Notes: a model not told the origin generated them from the sequence alone. A stretch of 64,000 bases of DNA from Eledone cirrhosa (GCA_964016885.1 OZ024742.1:64108001-64172000), one strand, 5' to 3'; shown: positions 13,967 through 27,983, counted from the stretch's first letter. A program made the numbers and translations.

Positions 13967-14978
13967 ATATATGACATAGATGCCAACTTAAAGAATGCCA
14001 CAGTACTGAAATATGAAGATGACATCAAGCTGTACTTTGAGATAAAAAGGACAGATCCTGAACACTATAGATCTTTCCTGCAATCAAACCTGGACACAAT
14101 GCAACAATGGATCACAGACTGGCAACTCAAGCTGACTGTGGACAAGTGTATCACCATGCACTTTGGGAGGAAAAACCCAGCATCTACATACTCCCTCCAC
14201 AACACTAATCTCAAGAAGTCTTCTTGAGAACGTGACCTGAGCATTATGGTCAGCAGTGATTTGCGTTGGATGAAGCACATCTCCAAAATTGTCAAGAAGG
14301 CCAAGGGTGTTTTAGCATCACTCAATAAGACCTTTGTCAGCTGCTCCCCAGCTATCTATTTAAAGCTGTATATAGCTATGGTGTGGCCACACTTAGAATT
14401 TGCATCACCTGTCTGGAATCCCTATCTTGCTCAGAATATTGAACTCCTGGAAACTGTTCAGAGACGTGCAATCAAGCGAATACCCCCAATCAGGCATCTA
14501 CCATACTCTAAACGCTTTGCTTCCCTGGGTATGGATACATTGAAGCTCTGGCATCAGACAACTGACTTAATAGACACCCACAACATTATTAACCATCTTG
14601 CCAACAACAACCCTGGGCGCCTTTTTGAATTCCATGTATCTAACACCCATGAGCATGCCTACAAAGTCAGAAAAGAGCACAGCTCCCATGACTTTTGAAA
14701 ATATTTTTTTATGCGCAGAGTTCCTGAAGCATGGAACAAACTACCTGCATTGGTTGTTAGCTGTCGGGACACTGCATCCATCAAAATTTGACAACACTAC
14801 ACCTGATATTCTGCCTCCATACACACGTAAGCATGTATTTGTATGTATATCATGGCTCATACACTGTTCACTTTCCTGACATTTGTACAGTATTCTATGT
14901 ACTACACATGCACCTTTGATAAGTTGTAGTGCACCTGAGCACTGTACACAATAATTTCATTATTATTATTATTATTAT
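13967..14978 (+). mobile_element. 5'-truncated CR1-like LINE copy
   Basis: Closely similar to 3180-4172; (ATT)n tail. Confidence 0.92.
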
Positions 14979-15799
14979 TATAGTGAATCCCTGAGAAGCT
15001 TTCTGTGGTGATGCCATTGTAGAGTTGGTGATTGAATGTAATGCATTATACATGGTCATCATTTTTCTTGTTCTGCAGTCCAACTCTTAGCCTTAGTCCA
15101 TTCGTAAGAAGTGATGTAGGCTAAAGAGAACTTTTCTGTGTGGTCAAGCAAATGACAAACTCTCTAGTAATGGTGCTATGATTAAATGCTCCTAGTACAT
15201 TCTGTAAAGAGGTTACCATTAGTAAGGGCATCCAACCATAGAAACCATGCCAAACGTGGAACGTTTGGACAAGATATGGTTCCTCAACCCATCTAGTCTT
15301 GAGCCATGACAATTCATCCAACCTTTGCCGGCATAGCAAATAGATGTTAAGCGGTGCTGATGTTAGTGATAAAAATATATAATATATATTTATATATTGT
15401 TGAATCACCATTCAGGTCCATAACTTCTATGGGTGACCTTGAGCCAATCCTCTGCAAAACGCATCTAACAGGTCGATACACAATAAAAAACTAACTACAT
15501 GTAAATGAAACTGCATTTTTCTTAATATATATATATATATCTATAGCCACTCTGCATCTCCTCATGTATTGAGTACTCCCATGATTAGAGATCTCCCAGT
15601 CTCAGCATTGCAGACTCTCTCTATTTATATATGTATATATTTAACAAAATTTAAATACATTTAATGAAACAATTACAAAAATTATGCATTCTGTCGATTA
15701 AAGGAAACGTCTTTAAATGTACTTCTGTGCTTTTTCACATTTACTTTTTATTTATAACCTTTGATTTGTATGGAAATTTCCCCACTTTTTCAACTATAT

Positions 15800-16525
15800 A
15801 TCATCATCATCATCATCACCGTTTAACATCCATTTTCCATCTTAGCATGGGTTAGACGGGTTGTCCTATTTGAGGCAAGTCGAGCTCAGATGACCATATC
15901 TTGCTCATACAGAACTGATTTGGGCTTGGTTTCTATGGCAGGATGCCCTTCCTAATGCCAACCAAATTTACAATGGGTACTGGGTACTTTTTGTCATGAC
16001 ACCTTACAGTGTGGGCTGGGGGGTTTGGTGGGAAGGGTGTGTAGGGATTGGGTGTGTGTGAGGGGCAGCGTGATAGGACATGGAAGGTGTGTGGAGGGGG
16101 GGGATGTGAAGGTGGGGCATAACAGATGTATCTTTAGTCTGTGCTCATGAGAGTGAGGTGGAGGTGAATACTATATGTGTGCTTCAGCGTGTACTCACGG
16201 GAAGGCGAGGCTTCTGTATTACTGCATAATGTCAGATATCCAGGTCCTGTGTCATCGCCTTTGAGAGGTGCAATTGTGCAAGGTCAGTTTTTATCACCTC
16301 ATCCCAAATTTTCCTGAGTCTTCTTACTCCTTAAATTCCATCAACTTTGAGCACTCTGCATCTTTTTATATAGCTATCATCCTTCACACACACGACATGT
16401 CCATACCAATGCAATCTCCTCTTCTGCATACTGCATCTGATTCCTCTTATACCTAGTTTCTCTCTCAGTTTGTTTATGCTTTGCCATTCACATATATTAC
16501 TATTACACATCCATCGAAGCATATA
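15800..16525 (-). mobile_element. RTE LINE 3' fragment
   Basis: MLRWMCNSNICE...RRLHWYGHVV; 3'UTR aggaagggcatcc motif; (GAT)n tail. Confidence 0.85.
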
Positions 16526-16563
16526 TATATATATAGTTTCTAAGCACTCTTTGGTTATTCCTA

Positions 16564-16636
<73 letters not shown>

Positions 16637-16929
16637 TGGAATTGGACATAGCACGAAAAGTATATTTAAACGATCTGTTTTTCTTTTTTTTCTTCTTCGA
16701 TTCATCAAAGTGACATTATTGAAAAAATGAGAGGAACAATTTTTTTAAAATAATGGGTTTTATAAAAATATATAACTGGTTTCGATGTATCAGTGTAATT
16801 CATCTTATTAAATGTTGAATATTACAATTAAAAAGAATTAAAAATTAAAGATTTAAAATTAAGTGTTGAAGCAGGTTTGTTCATCTTTCTTGTTGAGAAG
16901 TCTGGATCTTCTTCTCAACAAATCTAATC

Positions 16930-17147
16930 CCTCAAACCCTCGAAACCGCCTAATTTCCCGAAATTCTCGAAACAACTTAAATTCCCGAAATCTCCTAAAA
17001 CACGAAAACCACCTAAACACCTGAAACCCCATAAAACCCCGAAAGTGCATGAAGCCCCGAAACTGACTAAAATCTCAAAACTGCCTAATCCCGAACCTGC
17101 CTAAAACCCTAAAACTGCCTAAACTGCCTAAAACACTGAAACCGCCA
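16930..17147. repeat. Degenerate ~9-bp periodic repeat
   Basis: Units such as aaactgcct, aaaccccga, aaacacctg, with a strong C/A strand bias. Confidence 0.65.
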
Positions 17148-17149
17148 GT

Positions 17150-17646
17150 GGACAACCTCGAGAAGAATGTGGAAGTAGAAGGACTCCACAGCCAGTACCA
17201 AATTTAGAGGCATATTACTTGATGCTTTTGACAGTAAGGAAGAGCAAATAGAGATGTTCAATATAGAGGAGCATTGGGAATTCCTGAAAGATAACCTACT
17301 GAAGGCGACAGATGAAATCTGTGGCTGGAGCAGACCTTTAGGGAGGAGGAGAGTGATGGTGGAACAGTAGGGTGGAGGAGACAATTAAGGCTAAAAGGTG
17401 GGCGTGGAAAAAATGGCTAGGAGAGAAGCTAGGCGACAAGTGTACTTTGCAAGAAAGGAAGCAGAGGATAGAAAGTTCAAGCATGTTTTACAACTTGAGA
17501 ACCAAACATGTGAGGTGTCCAGGATTGCATGGCTTGTCAAGAAAAATTGTAATATTGTTGGGGAGAAGTGTGTCCGTAATGATAATGGTGTACTTGCCCT
17601 CACTGATACTGATAACCCATGCTAGCAAGGAAAATGGACATTAAAC

Positions 17647-17679
<33 letters not shown>

Positions 17680-17680
17680 A
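17150..17680 (+). mobile_element. RTE internal fragment fused to an RTE 3' tail
   Basis: Homologous to 22950-23445 (LLKATDEICG, RREARRQVYFAR), joined directly to aacccatgctagc...(GAT)n. Confidence 0.8.
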
Positions 17681-17699
17681 TATATATATATATATATAT

Positions 17700-18500
17700 A
17701 ATGGAAAATTTGAACAGGAACAAAACAGAGAGGCAGTACAACGAATGTTTATTAATTTCACACTCTTGAGAGTGGGGTGGTGGTGGGGAACGACGTTTCG
17801 GGCATAAGCCTTTCTTCAGGTGAAAAGTGTGTGGGAAGAGAGTTCAAAGGGTGTGTAGGGGAGTGGTGGAGAGACATATAGCGAAAAGGGGGTGGGAGGA
17901 AACGGTGCGAATGAAATTAAAAATAAAAGCATGATCAAAATAAAATTAAAATGGGGTAAAACAGGTGGTGGAAGGGTGTGGGGCGTGTAGGGGTGGTGGC
18001 GGGTGGAGTGGGGAGAGGGAGACGGGGTGTCCGAGCGGGGAGGGCTGAAGGTGGTGTGTGTGTGTAGGTGTACGTGTGTGTGTGTGTATGTGAAAGCAAG
18101 GGTTGGGGGGAGAACGGGGTTGCATGTTCAGGAAGAGGTGTGTGTGGGGTGGGGTGTAGGTCGGAGTGTGTGTGCGTTTGTGGATAGAGGGGTGGGGGGA
18201 GAGGAATCCGGAGGCTGAATGTGTAAATATGTGGTGGAACGCACGTGTGTGTGGGGTTTAAGCGTGTTGTGGGTGTAGGTGGCGTGTGGGGAAAAAAAAT
18301 TATTTTTGGGTGTGTGTGTGGGTGAGTCAAAAAGGTGATTCCGTAAGAAGATGTGGTGGAATGGTTAGTAAAATCCTAGGATGGTAGTTGGTTCCGCGGT
18401 CAAGGTCCACATACGAGTAATCCGTGAAGAGATTGGTCGGCAGAGGGGAGATGTGGGGTGCGCGCGCAACAGGAAGTGGTCAAGGCAGTAGGAGTGCTGT
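17700..18500 (-). mobile_element. Penelope-like 3' end with hammerhead motif
   Basis: HHR at 17790-17821, downstream AATAAA, ends in (TA)n. Possible decayed GIY-YIG C-terminus at 18330-18480 (LPVAR...SLHGLLVCG). Confidence 0.6.
17790..17821 (-). ncRNA. Minimal type-I hammerhead ribozyme motif (weak stem I)
   Basis: ac CUGAAGA aa-ggc-uuau-gcc-c GAAA cg UC gu. Confidence 0.65.
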
Positions 18501-19113
18501 GTGTCTGTGTGTGCTGGGAGGTGGTCAGAGGGCATAGCAGCAGTCGGGTGGAATGGTAAAGGGGCAAGGATGGGTAGGTGTGAAAGTTGGAGTGAGGAGG
18601 GGGGTGTGTGTATTAGTAGAGGTGTTAGTGGGATGAGTGAGTGTTTGAGAAAGGGTGTGGGTGGAGCGGGGAGAGAAGGGTGTGGGGGTTGATGGAGGGA
18701 GTGTGGTGTACTGGTGTGTGTGTAGTTTGATGAAGGGGGTGTTAGTGGGTGTTAGTATACGGGAGGTTAGAAAGGGTTGAATGCGGGTGTGAGTGGGGGT
18801 TAGTGGTGGTAGGGTGTGTAGAGTTGGTGGTGTAAGAGGGTGTGTGTGTACGTGTGCGTGGGGTTGGGGGGGGGGGGGGTTAGTGATGTTAGTTGCGTGT
18901 AGGGTGGGTGGTGTAAGTGGGTGCGTGTGTTCGTGTGCTTGGGGTCAGGGGGTGTTAGTGATGTTAGTTGCGGGGTGGTGGGGTGGATGTGTGGGGGTGA
19001 GGGTTAGTGGTGGTAGTAGGGTGTGTGTTTAATGTGAGCGCATGTATATATGCGCCAGTGGGTGTGTGCGTGTGATAAGGAGGGGGGGGGAGAATATATA
19101 TATATATACACAC

Positions 19114-19171
<58 letters not shown>

Positions 19172-19172
19172 G

Positions 19173-19240
<68 letters not shown>

Positions 19241-19264
19241 CTTATATATGTATAAAATATAAAT

Positions 19265-22200
19265 ATCATCATCATCATCATCATCATCGTTTAACGTCTA
19301 TCTTCCACGCTAGCATGGGTTTAGACGGGAATTTTCCCACTTGAGGCAAGATTGGTTGTCTTGCTCGTATAGGACTGTCTGGCGGGTTTTCTACAGCTGT
19401 ATGCCCTTCCTAATACCAACCACGTTTACAGTGTGGACTGGGAGGTTTTTACCGTGTTACCTACACGACCACATTACAGCGTGGACTGTGTGTTTTTTTT
19501 GTTGTGACACCTACACGACCTCATTTATTTAGGACTGGATGTTGTGGTACCAACATAACTTTACAGCGAAAGGGGTGGTGTAGATAGGGGTGGGAGTATG
19601 GGTAGTGGGATGGGGGTGTATTTTGGTTAAGAGGTGCCTACTGCCTGTAGGTTTCGCTTTGTACATAGGCAAGGCGGGTCTTCTGTATTACTGCGTAGCG
19701 CCAAAGATCTCGGTCCAGTGACATTGTCTTGGAGAGGTGTAAGTGTGTGAGGTCGGAATTTATCAAGTCGTCCCAGGTTTTTCTGGGTCTGCCTATTCCG
19801 TGGCTACCGTCTATTTTTATTACTCTGCACTTTTTTATACAGCTGTCGTCTTTCTTGCGCATCACGTGACCATACCAACGTAGCCTTCTCTCGAGTAAAC
19901 AACATGTGATCCCTCTTATTTCTAATTTTTCCCTTAGTTCGTTTATGCTTTGCCGTTCACGTATATTACTATTACACATCCAGCGAAGCATGCAAGCTTC
20001 GTTCGTCTCTAGTCTGCGTATATCCTCTGCACACAATGCCCAGGTCTCACTGCCATGCAACATTGCTGTTCGTATGCAGGCATCATACAACCTGCCTTTC
20101 ATTTTTAGGGAGAACCCTTTAGCGGCTAATAGTGGCATAAGCTCTCTGAACTTTTTCCATCCAGTTCTGACTCTAGCTACTGTACTTTCAGAGCACCCTC
20201 CCCCACTGCTGATTTTGTCACCCAGGTAACGGAAGCTGTCCACTATTTCTATAGAACCATCTGGGCAATGGAAGGAGCTAGTATTTTGTGGGCACTTGCT
20301 ACTACTTATTGCACCTGAGCACCGGCCACATATAAAATCTATGTTCTTAGTTAGCTTACCTGTGATCCCACTACATCTTTTATGCACCCATACTTTGCAT
20401 TTGGAATATAAAATAGAGTTTCTGCCTACTCCTTTCCTACACACTGAGTATGGCCATTTCCCAGAGGGGACCAGTGCCCTATTTTCCTTCCTACATACTA
20501 GCACTTTAGTTTTAAACAAGTTAATTTTAAGGCCTTTTGATTCTAGGCCATGCTTCCATGTTTGGAATTTCTTCTCTAGTTCAGCCATCGATTCAGCTAT
20601 GAGCGTGTAGCAGTTGCCTCCCTTGTTGGGACACTCACAACACCATCTAGACAGGAAGTAGAACCCTTTCTGTAACTTCCGGTCAGAACCCTATAAAACT
20701 AACAACTTTAAGTTCTCACTCTCTCATTTGCCCTTATGCAGCCGTTCATTGTTATAAGTGGTCACCCCCCCCCCCCCCCAAAAAAAAAGAAATAGCAGAA
20801 TCTGGTGTTGTGTGAGTAACATTACGAATACACAGCAAATTTATTGACAAACTATGAAAATACTCAGTCAAAGAAACGCACACACGCACATGTGAAATTC
20901 GCGTTCAGACAGACTTTTTCTCTCACGCATCAACTAACTGTCGCATTTCACGATATATATATATATATATGTTTCTCGTTTCCTACAACGAACACTTTCA
21001 AAAAATAAAAAATAAATAAATTTGATATTTTTTTTAAAAAAACATTTCAACATTTTCGATGAACCATTGCCTTTTTTTTTTTCCGCGTTTCCTTCATCGT
21101 TCAAGTTTTAAGATATATTCTCCTATTTGCCGGTTTAAAAATTTACCACGTAAATTTGCCGTTGAAAACTGCGCATTTATTCAGAATGCTTATTTCTTTG
21201 GTCGCTGGCCTCTTGACCCTTCCAGGTCAACGCATTCTCAACATCAACCATCAACTTCGGCTGTTATTTCTAGCACTTTGCGCAACTCATTTTTTCTGAA
21301 AAAAATTTTTTACTGTGAATTTAAACACCGAATACGCTCACTCCGCGAGACAACATCAACAGCAACACAGCTTCACCAACAACCAAAACCAGCAGAACAA
21401 GCCAGAGAATTTATTTTTGCAGCACTCTTCCTGTGAGAAAATCCATTCGGAGGTTGGAAATTTCACGATATACCACAGAACAGAAACCACCTGCATTCAT
21501 TCTCTGGAGCACACTTTCTTTCCTGCTGTCATGTGATTGCACACCTGTGAACTATATTTTGAACATTTGAACTTTGAGCTCTTCTCTTACTTAATTACAT
21601 TGTATCTTTGGGTGATGGATAGATAGATGTCCAGTCGTTCTCTGGCCAAGAGCGGTTGGCTACCTTGATATCTATCATTGATTTTTGCAAACATTCTTTT
21701 GTCGTAATTTTCATGCTTGTTACAACATTCTCGCCAACTTGCTACATATTTCATTCGATTTTTATATTCTAAAATTCTGGCGGGAGGTTATGTAGCAGTT
21801 GCCTCCCTTGTTGGGACACTCACAACACCATCTAGACAGGAAGTAGAACCCTTTCTGTAACTTCCGGTCAGAACCCTATAAAACTAACAACTTTAAGTTC
21901 TCACTCTCTCATTTGCCCTTCCGGCGCCTGGCCTTCGCCAGGCGTCTTCTGCCAGCTGCGTTTGCCTGGCAATCAAAACGGTAACTACTAACTCTGTTTC
22001 ATTCTTTCAGCTATTTCTTTGACATGTCAACTATACTGTTAAATTGTTAATTAAATATTATACACACAAACCATGTCTCCTTGTTACATTCATACACGCT
22101 AGTAATTCTCGCTATAAGCGTTAGGTCATCTGCGTATAGAAGTTCCCATGGGCAGCAGCTCTTGAACTCCTCTGTTATAGCCTGAGGGCAATAATAAATA

Positions 22201-23670
22201 GAAGGGGGCTAAGGAGAGAGCCCTGATGAACACCAACTTTTACGCTAAACTCTTCACTATATTCGTTGTTAATTCTAACCTTGCTGACTGTTTCTTTATA
22301 CATGGCTTGTATAGCTCTCACAAGCCATTCACCGACACCTAGTTTTCTGATCCCACCAGATATTGGAGCGGGGGACTCTGTCAAAGGCTTTTTCCAAGTT
22401 AGCAAAAGCTAAGTATAGGCGTTTACTTTTAGCTAGGTACTTCTCCTGTAGTTGTAGTACAATGAAAAGAGCGTCTGTGGTACTTTTACCTGACACAAAC
22501 CCGAACTGCATTTCATCTAGCTCAATTTGCTCTCTGATTAGTTGCGCTATAACTTTTTCTGTGACCTTCATGACCTGGTCAATTAATTTAATGCCTCTAT
22601 AGTTTCCCCTATCTAGGGCATCTCCTTTACCCTTGTAGCAGTTAATGATGCTGCTGCTACACCAGTCCTTTGGTATGACCCCATTCTGTATGACTTGGTT
22701 TACTATCCGGGTGACCATAGTGGGTCCCACCGTTCCAGATGCTTACAGCATTTCAGCAACTATTTCCGAAGGCCCAGCCGCCTTGCCTGTCTTCATATCT
22801 TTGATTGCCTTACTTATTATACTACCTTCGACTTGCACTGCTGGTCCCTCTATTGGATCAATGTGGGGAAGACTGTCTTTGTCCCATTTATTCTCCTCAT
22901 TTAGTAGCTTCTCGTTGTGACACTACCACGCTACCTTCTTATCAGCATCAGTGATGGCAAGTACACCATCATCATTACGGAAACACTTCTCCCCGACAAT
23001 ATCACAGATTTCCTTGACACGTTGCCTAGCAATCCTGAACACTTCACGTTTTTGGTCCTCGCGTTGTAGAACATGCTTGAACTTTCTTTCCTCTTCTTCC
23101 CTTCTTGCGAAGTACACTTGTCTCCTAGCTTCCCTCCTGGCCACTTGATAGTCTTCTCTACTTTCCCCCTCCCGCCATACTTTCCAAGCCTGTTTTTTAG
23201 CCTTGATTGACTCCTCCACCTTACTGTTCCACCACCAAGTTACTCTCCTCCTGCCTATAGGTCTGCTTCAGCCACAGATTTCATCTGTCGCCTTCAGCAG
23301 GTTAGCTTTCAGGAATTCCCACTGTTCCTCTATATTGTACGACTCTAATTGCTCTTCCTTACTGTCAAAAGCATCAAGTAATATGCTTTTAAATTTATTA
23401 CTGGGTGTGGGGTCCTTTAACTTCCATATTCTTCTCCTTAGGGTGGTCTTTCTCTGTTGTCGAGTACATCTCGTCCTGACTATGAGGTCACTAACTATGA
23501 GGCTATGCTGGGAGGTGCATTCTTCATGGGGGAGGGATTTAGTGTTTACAACAGACACTCTGTCACATCTTCTGGTAAGGATATAATCTATCTGACTGGC
23601 GTGTTCCCCTGATCTATAGGTGATCAAGTGATTGTCTCGTTTTTTGAAGTTTGTGTTACAGATAGTTAGG
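19265..23670 (-). mobile_element. RTE LINE (APE C-terminus, RT, 3'UTR), interrupted by an LTR element
   Basis: SQIDYILT, NYRGIKL, QFGF, LEKAFDRVP, GVHQGSLLSPLLF, PWELLYADD, RRLRWYGH; (GAT)n tail. Confidence 0.95.
20606..22116 (+). mobile_element. Non-autonomous LTR retroelement (Gypsy-like) with 4-bp TSD
   Basis: AGCG TSD (20602-20605 and 22117-22120). Repeat 20606-20735 is identical to 21791-21920. Termini TGTAGC...GCTATA; PPT-like ctggcgggaggtta before the 3' LTR. Confidence 0.8.
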
Positions 23671-24109
23671 TTATATATATACTAGCTGAATTACTCACAC
23701 CTTGCTGTGTTTCACACATTTGTTTTGTAAGAAAATGATGATTGATTTTAAATCAGTGATATAATTTATGGAGAGAAACTCTGCATTTCAATATTACTCA
23801 ATGTAAAATGTAATGCATGAAAAATTGGAAAACATTATTTTTTGTAATATATCAAATCAAGATATTAAATTGTATTCTTATTTTGTTTCTTGTAAATAAT
23901 GTTTTTCAAAATATCAATTCAAAACTTTTGTGAATAGGCATCATATCTTGTCATTTACCTATGGTTTAAATTTCATATAAATCGAAGGGAAATTTTTTTT
24001 AGCGGGGTTTGTGCCTCTGGGGAACCTGTTGATTAAAATGAAATATACTTATCCAAGTACCCTGGTAAATGTAGTTTCAGAATATATATAGTTATGGGGG
24101 TCTATCTCC

Positions 24110-24563
<454 letters not shown>

Positions 24564-24599
24564 ATATTTATATTTATATATATATATATACTTATATAT

Positions 24600-25120
24600 G
24601 TATAAAAATGTGCAAGGCAATGAAAATTGATGGAAGCTACGGAGTGGGTAGACCAAGAAAAACCTGGGACGAGGTGATAAGAACTGACCTTGCTCACTTA
24701 GACTTCTCTAAGACAATAACACTGGATCGAGACCTTTGGCGTCATGCAGTTGTACAGAAGACCCGACTGCCATTGCACACAAACCTACAGTTAGTAAGCC
24801 CCTCTTAACCCAATGTACACCCCACTCCTACACCCTACTCCATCCTCCCTTTCCTGTTCCATCCACTGTGTCGACGACACAACAGGCTACACTGCAACGT
24901 GGTTGTGTAAGAGACACAGTAAAAAGGCTCCCAGTCCACACTGTAAATGTGGTTGGTGTTAGGAAGGGCATCCAACTATAAAAAACCTGCCAGAGACACT
25001 TTCGTATGAGCGTGACACAGTCTCCCAGCCATTCCCGGATCAAATGGAACAAAACCGTCTAACCCATGCTAGCGTGGAAGATGGATGTTAAACGATGATG
25101 ATGATGATGATGATGATGAT
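24600..25120 (+). mobile_element. RTE LINE 3' end
   Basis: [13 protein letters not shown]...; aggaagggcatcc motif; (GAT)n tail. Confidence 0.85.
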
Positions 25121-25123
25121 ATA

Positions 25124-25205
25124 TATTGGGTCATCAAGTATGAAATTTGTAGACATTTGTAGAAAAAAACATATTTCTACAAATTTCATACTTGATGACC
25201 CAATA
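25124..25205. mobile_element. Tiny mariner-like MITE or hairpin in (TA)n
   Basis: tattgggtcatcaagtatgaaatttgtaga / tctacaaatttcatacttgatgacccaata inverted arms. Confidence 0.6.
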
Positions 25206-25381
25206 TATATATATATTCTTGCTCCTGTGTTAGCATGTAAACAGAATGAAGAGTTCATTCTACTGACATGGCTATAAAAATGAGGCTTGTTTGCATAATT
25301 GCAAACGAATCGAATGTTATTATTAATATTCGAAAAACTCAGATTACCTTTATTGTATTCAGCCATGTAGAGCGAACATTT

Positions 25382-25447
<66 letters not shown>

Positions 25448-26043
25448 GTTAGACAGGTAATCTCCAACGCAATATTCCTGTATTTGTCTCCTTCCATTTG
25501 AAACTCCTGTCACATCTTTACCCAACTGTCATCATCTGTATACACATTACATTCCATACCAGCACTGTTTTCTCTCTTACACACAACATCTGATTCCTCT
25601 TATATACAGTTTTCCTCTCCACCATTGGATTGTCACGCATGCACAAACATTACACACTCAATGAAGCATGTTTGCTTGGTTTCTTTCTAGCCTTCACATA
25701 TCTTCTGTGTGCAATGCCCATGACACACTACCACACATAAAAATATGTGTATGTGTTTATAAGCATGTGGAAAAGTTTGTGTAGGTTATGCTTAATGTAC
25801 AAACATAGTGTAAGCATATAACACTACAGTATCGCTATAAATGTCTATAAGTCTAGAATATCACTATAAATTATACAAAGCTATACAATATAGTTGTACT
25901 GTATGTATAGCTATATGTACTCTACAGTATGTACAACTATACATACAGTACAATATGTATAGTACATCACAACAGACTGAGTCATCAATGGTGTTGTTGA
26001 TAATGTCAACTTGCTATTGATTTTTTTTAAAACGCAATCAGTT

Positions 26044-26135
<92 letters not shown>

Positions 26136-26351
26136 ATATCGTTTCGCAAGATTCTTTATCTGAAAACGTGTGTTGAAACCGATATTGTTATACTTTGGTA
26201 GGGTCATGTTGCCAATAAGAAACACACGCACCAGCTGCTTTCACTCCAATTTATTATAAATTTAAAAAAAAAAAAATTTTATTTTTTCAAAAAAATTTAT
26301 AAATTTCCGGTTGGTTGGTTGGTTCCACAACCGGATGGTTGTTCATATATT

Positions 26352-26394
26352 GTCAAAGTTCTTTCGTCACACATTCTGTGACCTCTTCAGTGAC
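26352..26394 (-). ncRNA. Minimal type-I hammerhead ribozyme
   Basis: guca CUGAAGA g-gucac-agaaugu-gugac GAAA gaac UU ugac. Confidence 0.8.
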
Positions 26395-26565
26395 TGGGGA
26401 TTCTTTTCTTAGTTTGGTGACTCTCCTTTGTTCTGTCCTACGCCATCTTGTTTTTGTGTACAGACGGATGTAACACATGCGCAAACTAGGCACACAACAC
26501 ACACAAAAGCAAGATGGCGTAGGACAGAACAAAGGAGAGGCACAAAACAAAGAAAAGAATGCCCA

Positions 26566-26608
26566 GTCACTGAAGAGGTCACAGAATATGTGACGAAAGA
26601 ACTTTGAT
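26566..26608 (+). ncRNA. Minimal type-I hammerhead ribozyme
   Basis: guca CUGAAGA g-gucaca-gaaua-ugugac GAAA gaac UU ugau. Confidence 0.8.
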
Positions 26609-27129
26609 AATATATGAACAACCGTCCGGTTGTGGAACCAACCAACCGGAAATTTATAAATTTTTTTGAAAAAATAAAAAAAGTTTTTTTTAAATTTATA
26701 ATAAATTGCAGTGAAAGCAACTGGTGCGTTTGTTTCTTATTGGCAACATGACTCTCCCAAATTATAACAATATATATATATGTATATATATACATATATA
26801 TATATAAATACATGGAAAAGATTGAAACGAAATTTCATTTCTCACTCTTAGTACGGCTGTTACTTAAATATAAGTATGTATACGTACATACATATATGTG
26901 TACAGACGTACAGTAGTATGTATATATATACATACATGCACACATATATATATGTACATATGGGTTTACCGAACGGCGTAATAAATGTTCGGTAAACCCA
27001 TACGTACATATATATGTGTGTGTGCATGTATATATATATATATATACATACTACTGTACGTCTGTACACATATATGTATGTACGTATACATACTTATATT
27101 TATATAAATACACATATATATATATATAC

Positions 27130-27199
<70 letters not shown>

Positions 27200-27695
27200 G
27201 AAAACGAAAAATCAGTGATGCATCTGAACTCAATTTATTGTGTGTTATAATTGTTTCGCCGGTGGACAGCTCGAGATGCGATCATTGTGTGGATCTGTCT
27301 GATTCTGGACCCGCAGGTTCGACAGACACGTCCAATGATTAGACATGTCTAATCTGTGTACATATATATATATATGGTACAACCCAAGCTGAATCATGTA
27401 GACACCTTCCCACCGTAAAGTGGTCGTGGAGGTGTCACGACAAAAAGCCCCCAGTCCACACTGTACAGTGGTCATGTAGGCACCATGTTAAAAAAAAGCA
27501 CCCAGCACTCACTGTAAATGAGGTTGGTGCTAGGAAGAGCATCCAGCTGTAGAAATCAAGCCAAAATCAGTTCTGTATGAGCAAGACATGATCGCTTGAC
27601 CTAACATTGCCCACAACAGGACAACCTGTCTAACCCATGCTAGCATGGAAGAATGGGCATAAAACGGTGATGATGATGATGATTGATTATACACA

Positions 27696-27983
27696 CAGTG
27701 GAACCTCAGCTCACAAACTTATTTTGTTCCTGAAGGCTGTTCATCACCTGAAATGTTCATAAACCAAAGACTATTTTACCATACGAAATGTTGAGAGAGA
27801 AGTACAGTGAGAAGAGACTGTGTGTGACAGATATCACCATAGTAACTGACTACATAGCAAGTAACCCTTTCATGCCGATACACCAAACTTGTTGCCAGCT
27901 TGCGTGTTCATTACTCAAAACATTGTTTGTGAATTGAGATGTTTTACGTTCAGAAAAATTGTTCATGAACAGAAGTTCCACTG
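27696..27983. mobile_element. pogo/Tigger-type MITE
   Basis: TIR CAGTGGAACCTC / GAAGTTCCACTG followed by TA. Confidence 0.7.

Larger units (their letters stand above)
26182..26773. mobile_element. Fold-back (tail-out) Penelope-type element with two HHRs
   Basis: Imperfect inverted arms of about 275 bp (26182-26459 / 26501-26773) between (CA)n and (TA)n tracts. Confidence 0.8.

Noticed and set aside
27195-27350. Possible HHR 3' half (GAAAcaauu plus AATAAA) next to (TA)n; a similar case lies at 16770-16810
   Set aside because: The CUGANGA core is missing; at most these are truncated or decayed Penelope ends.
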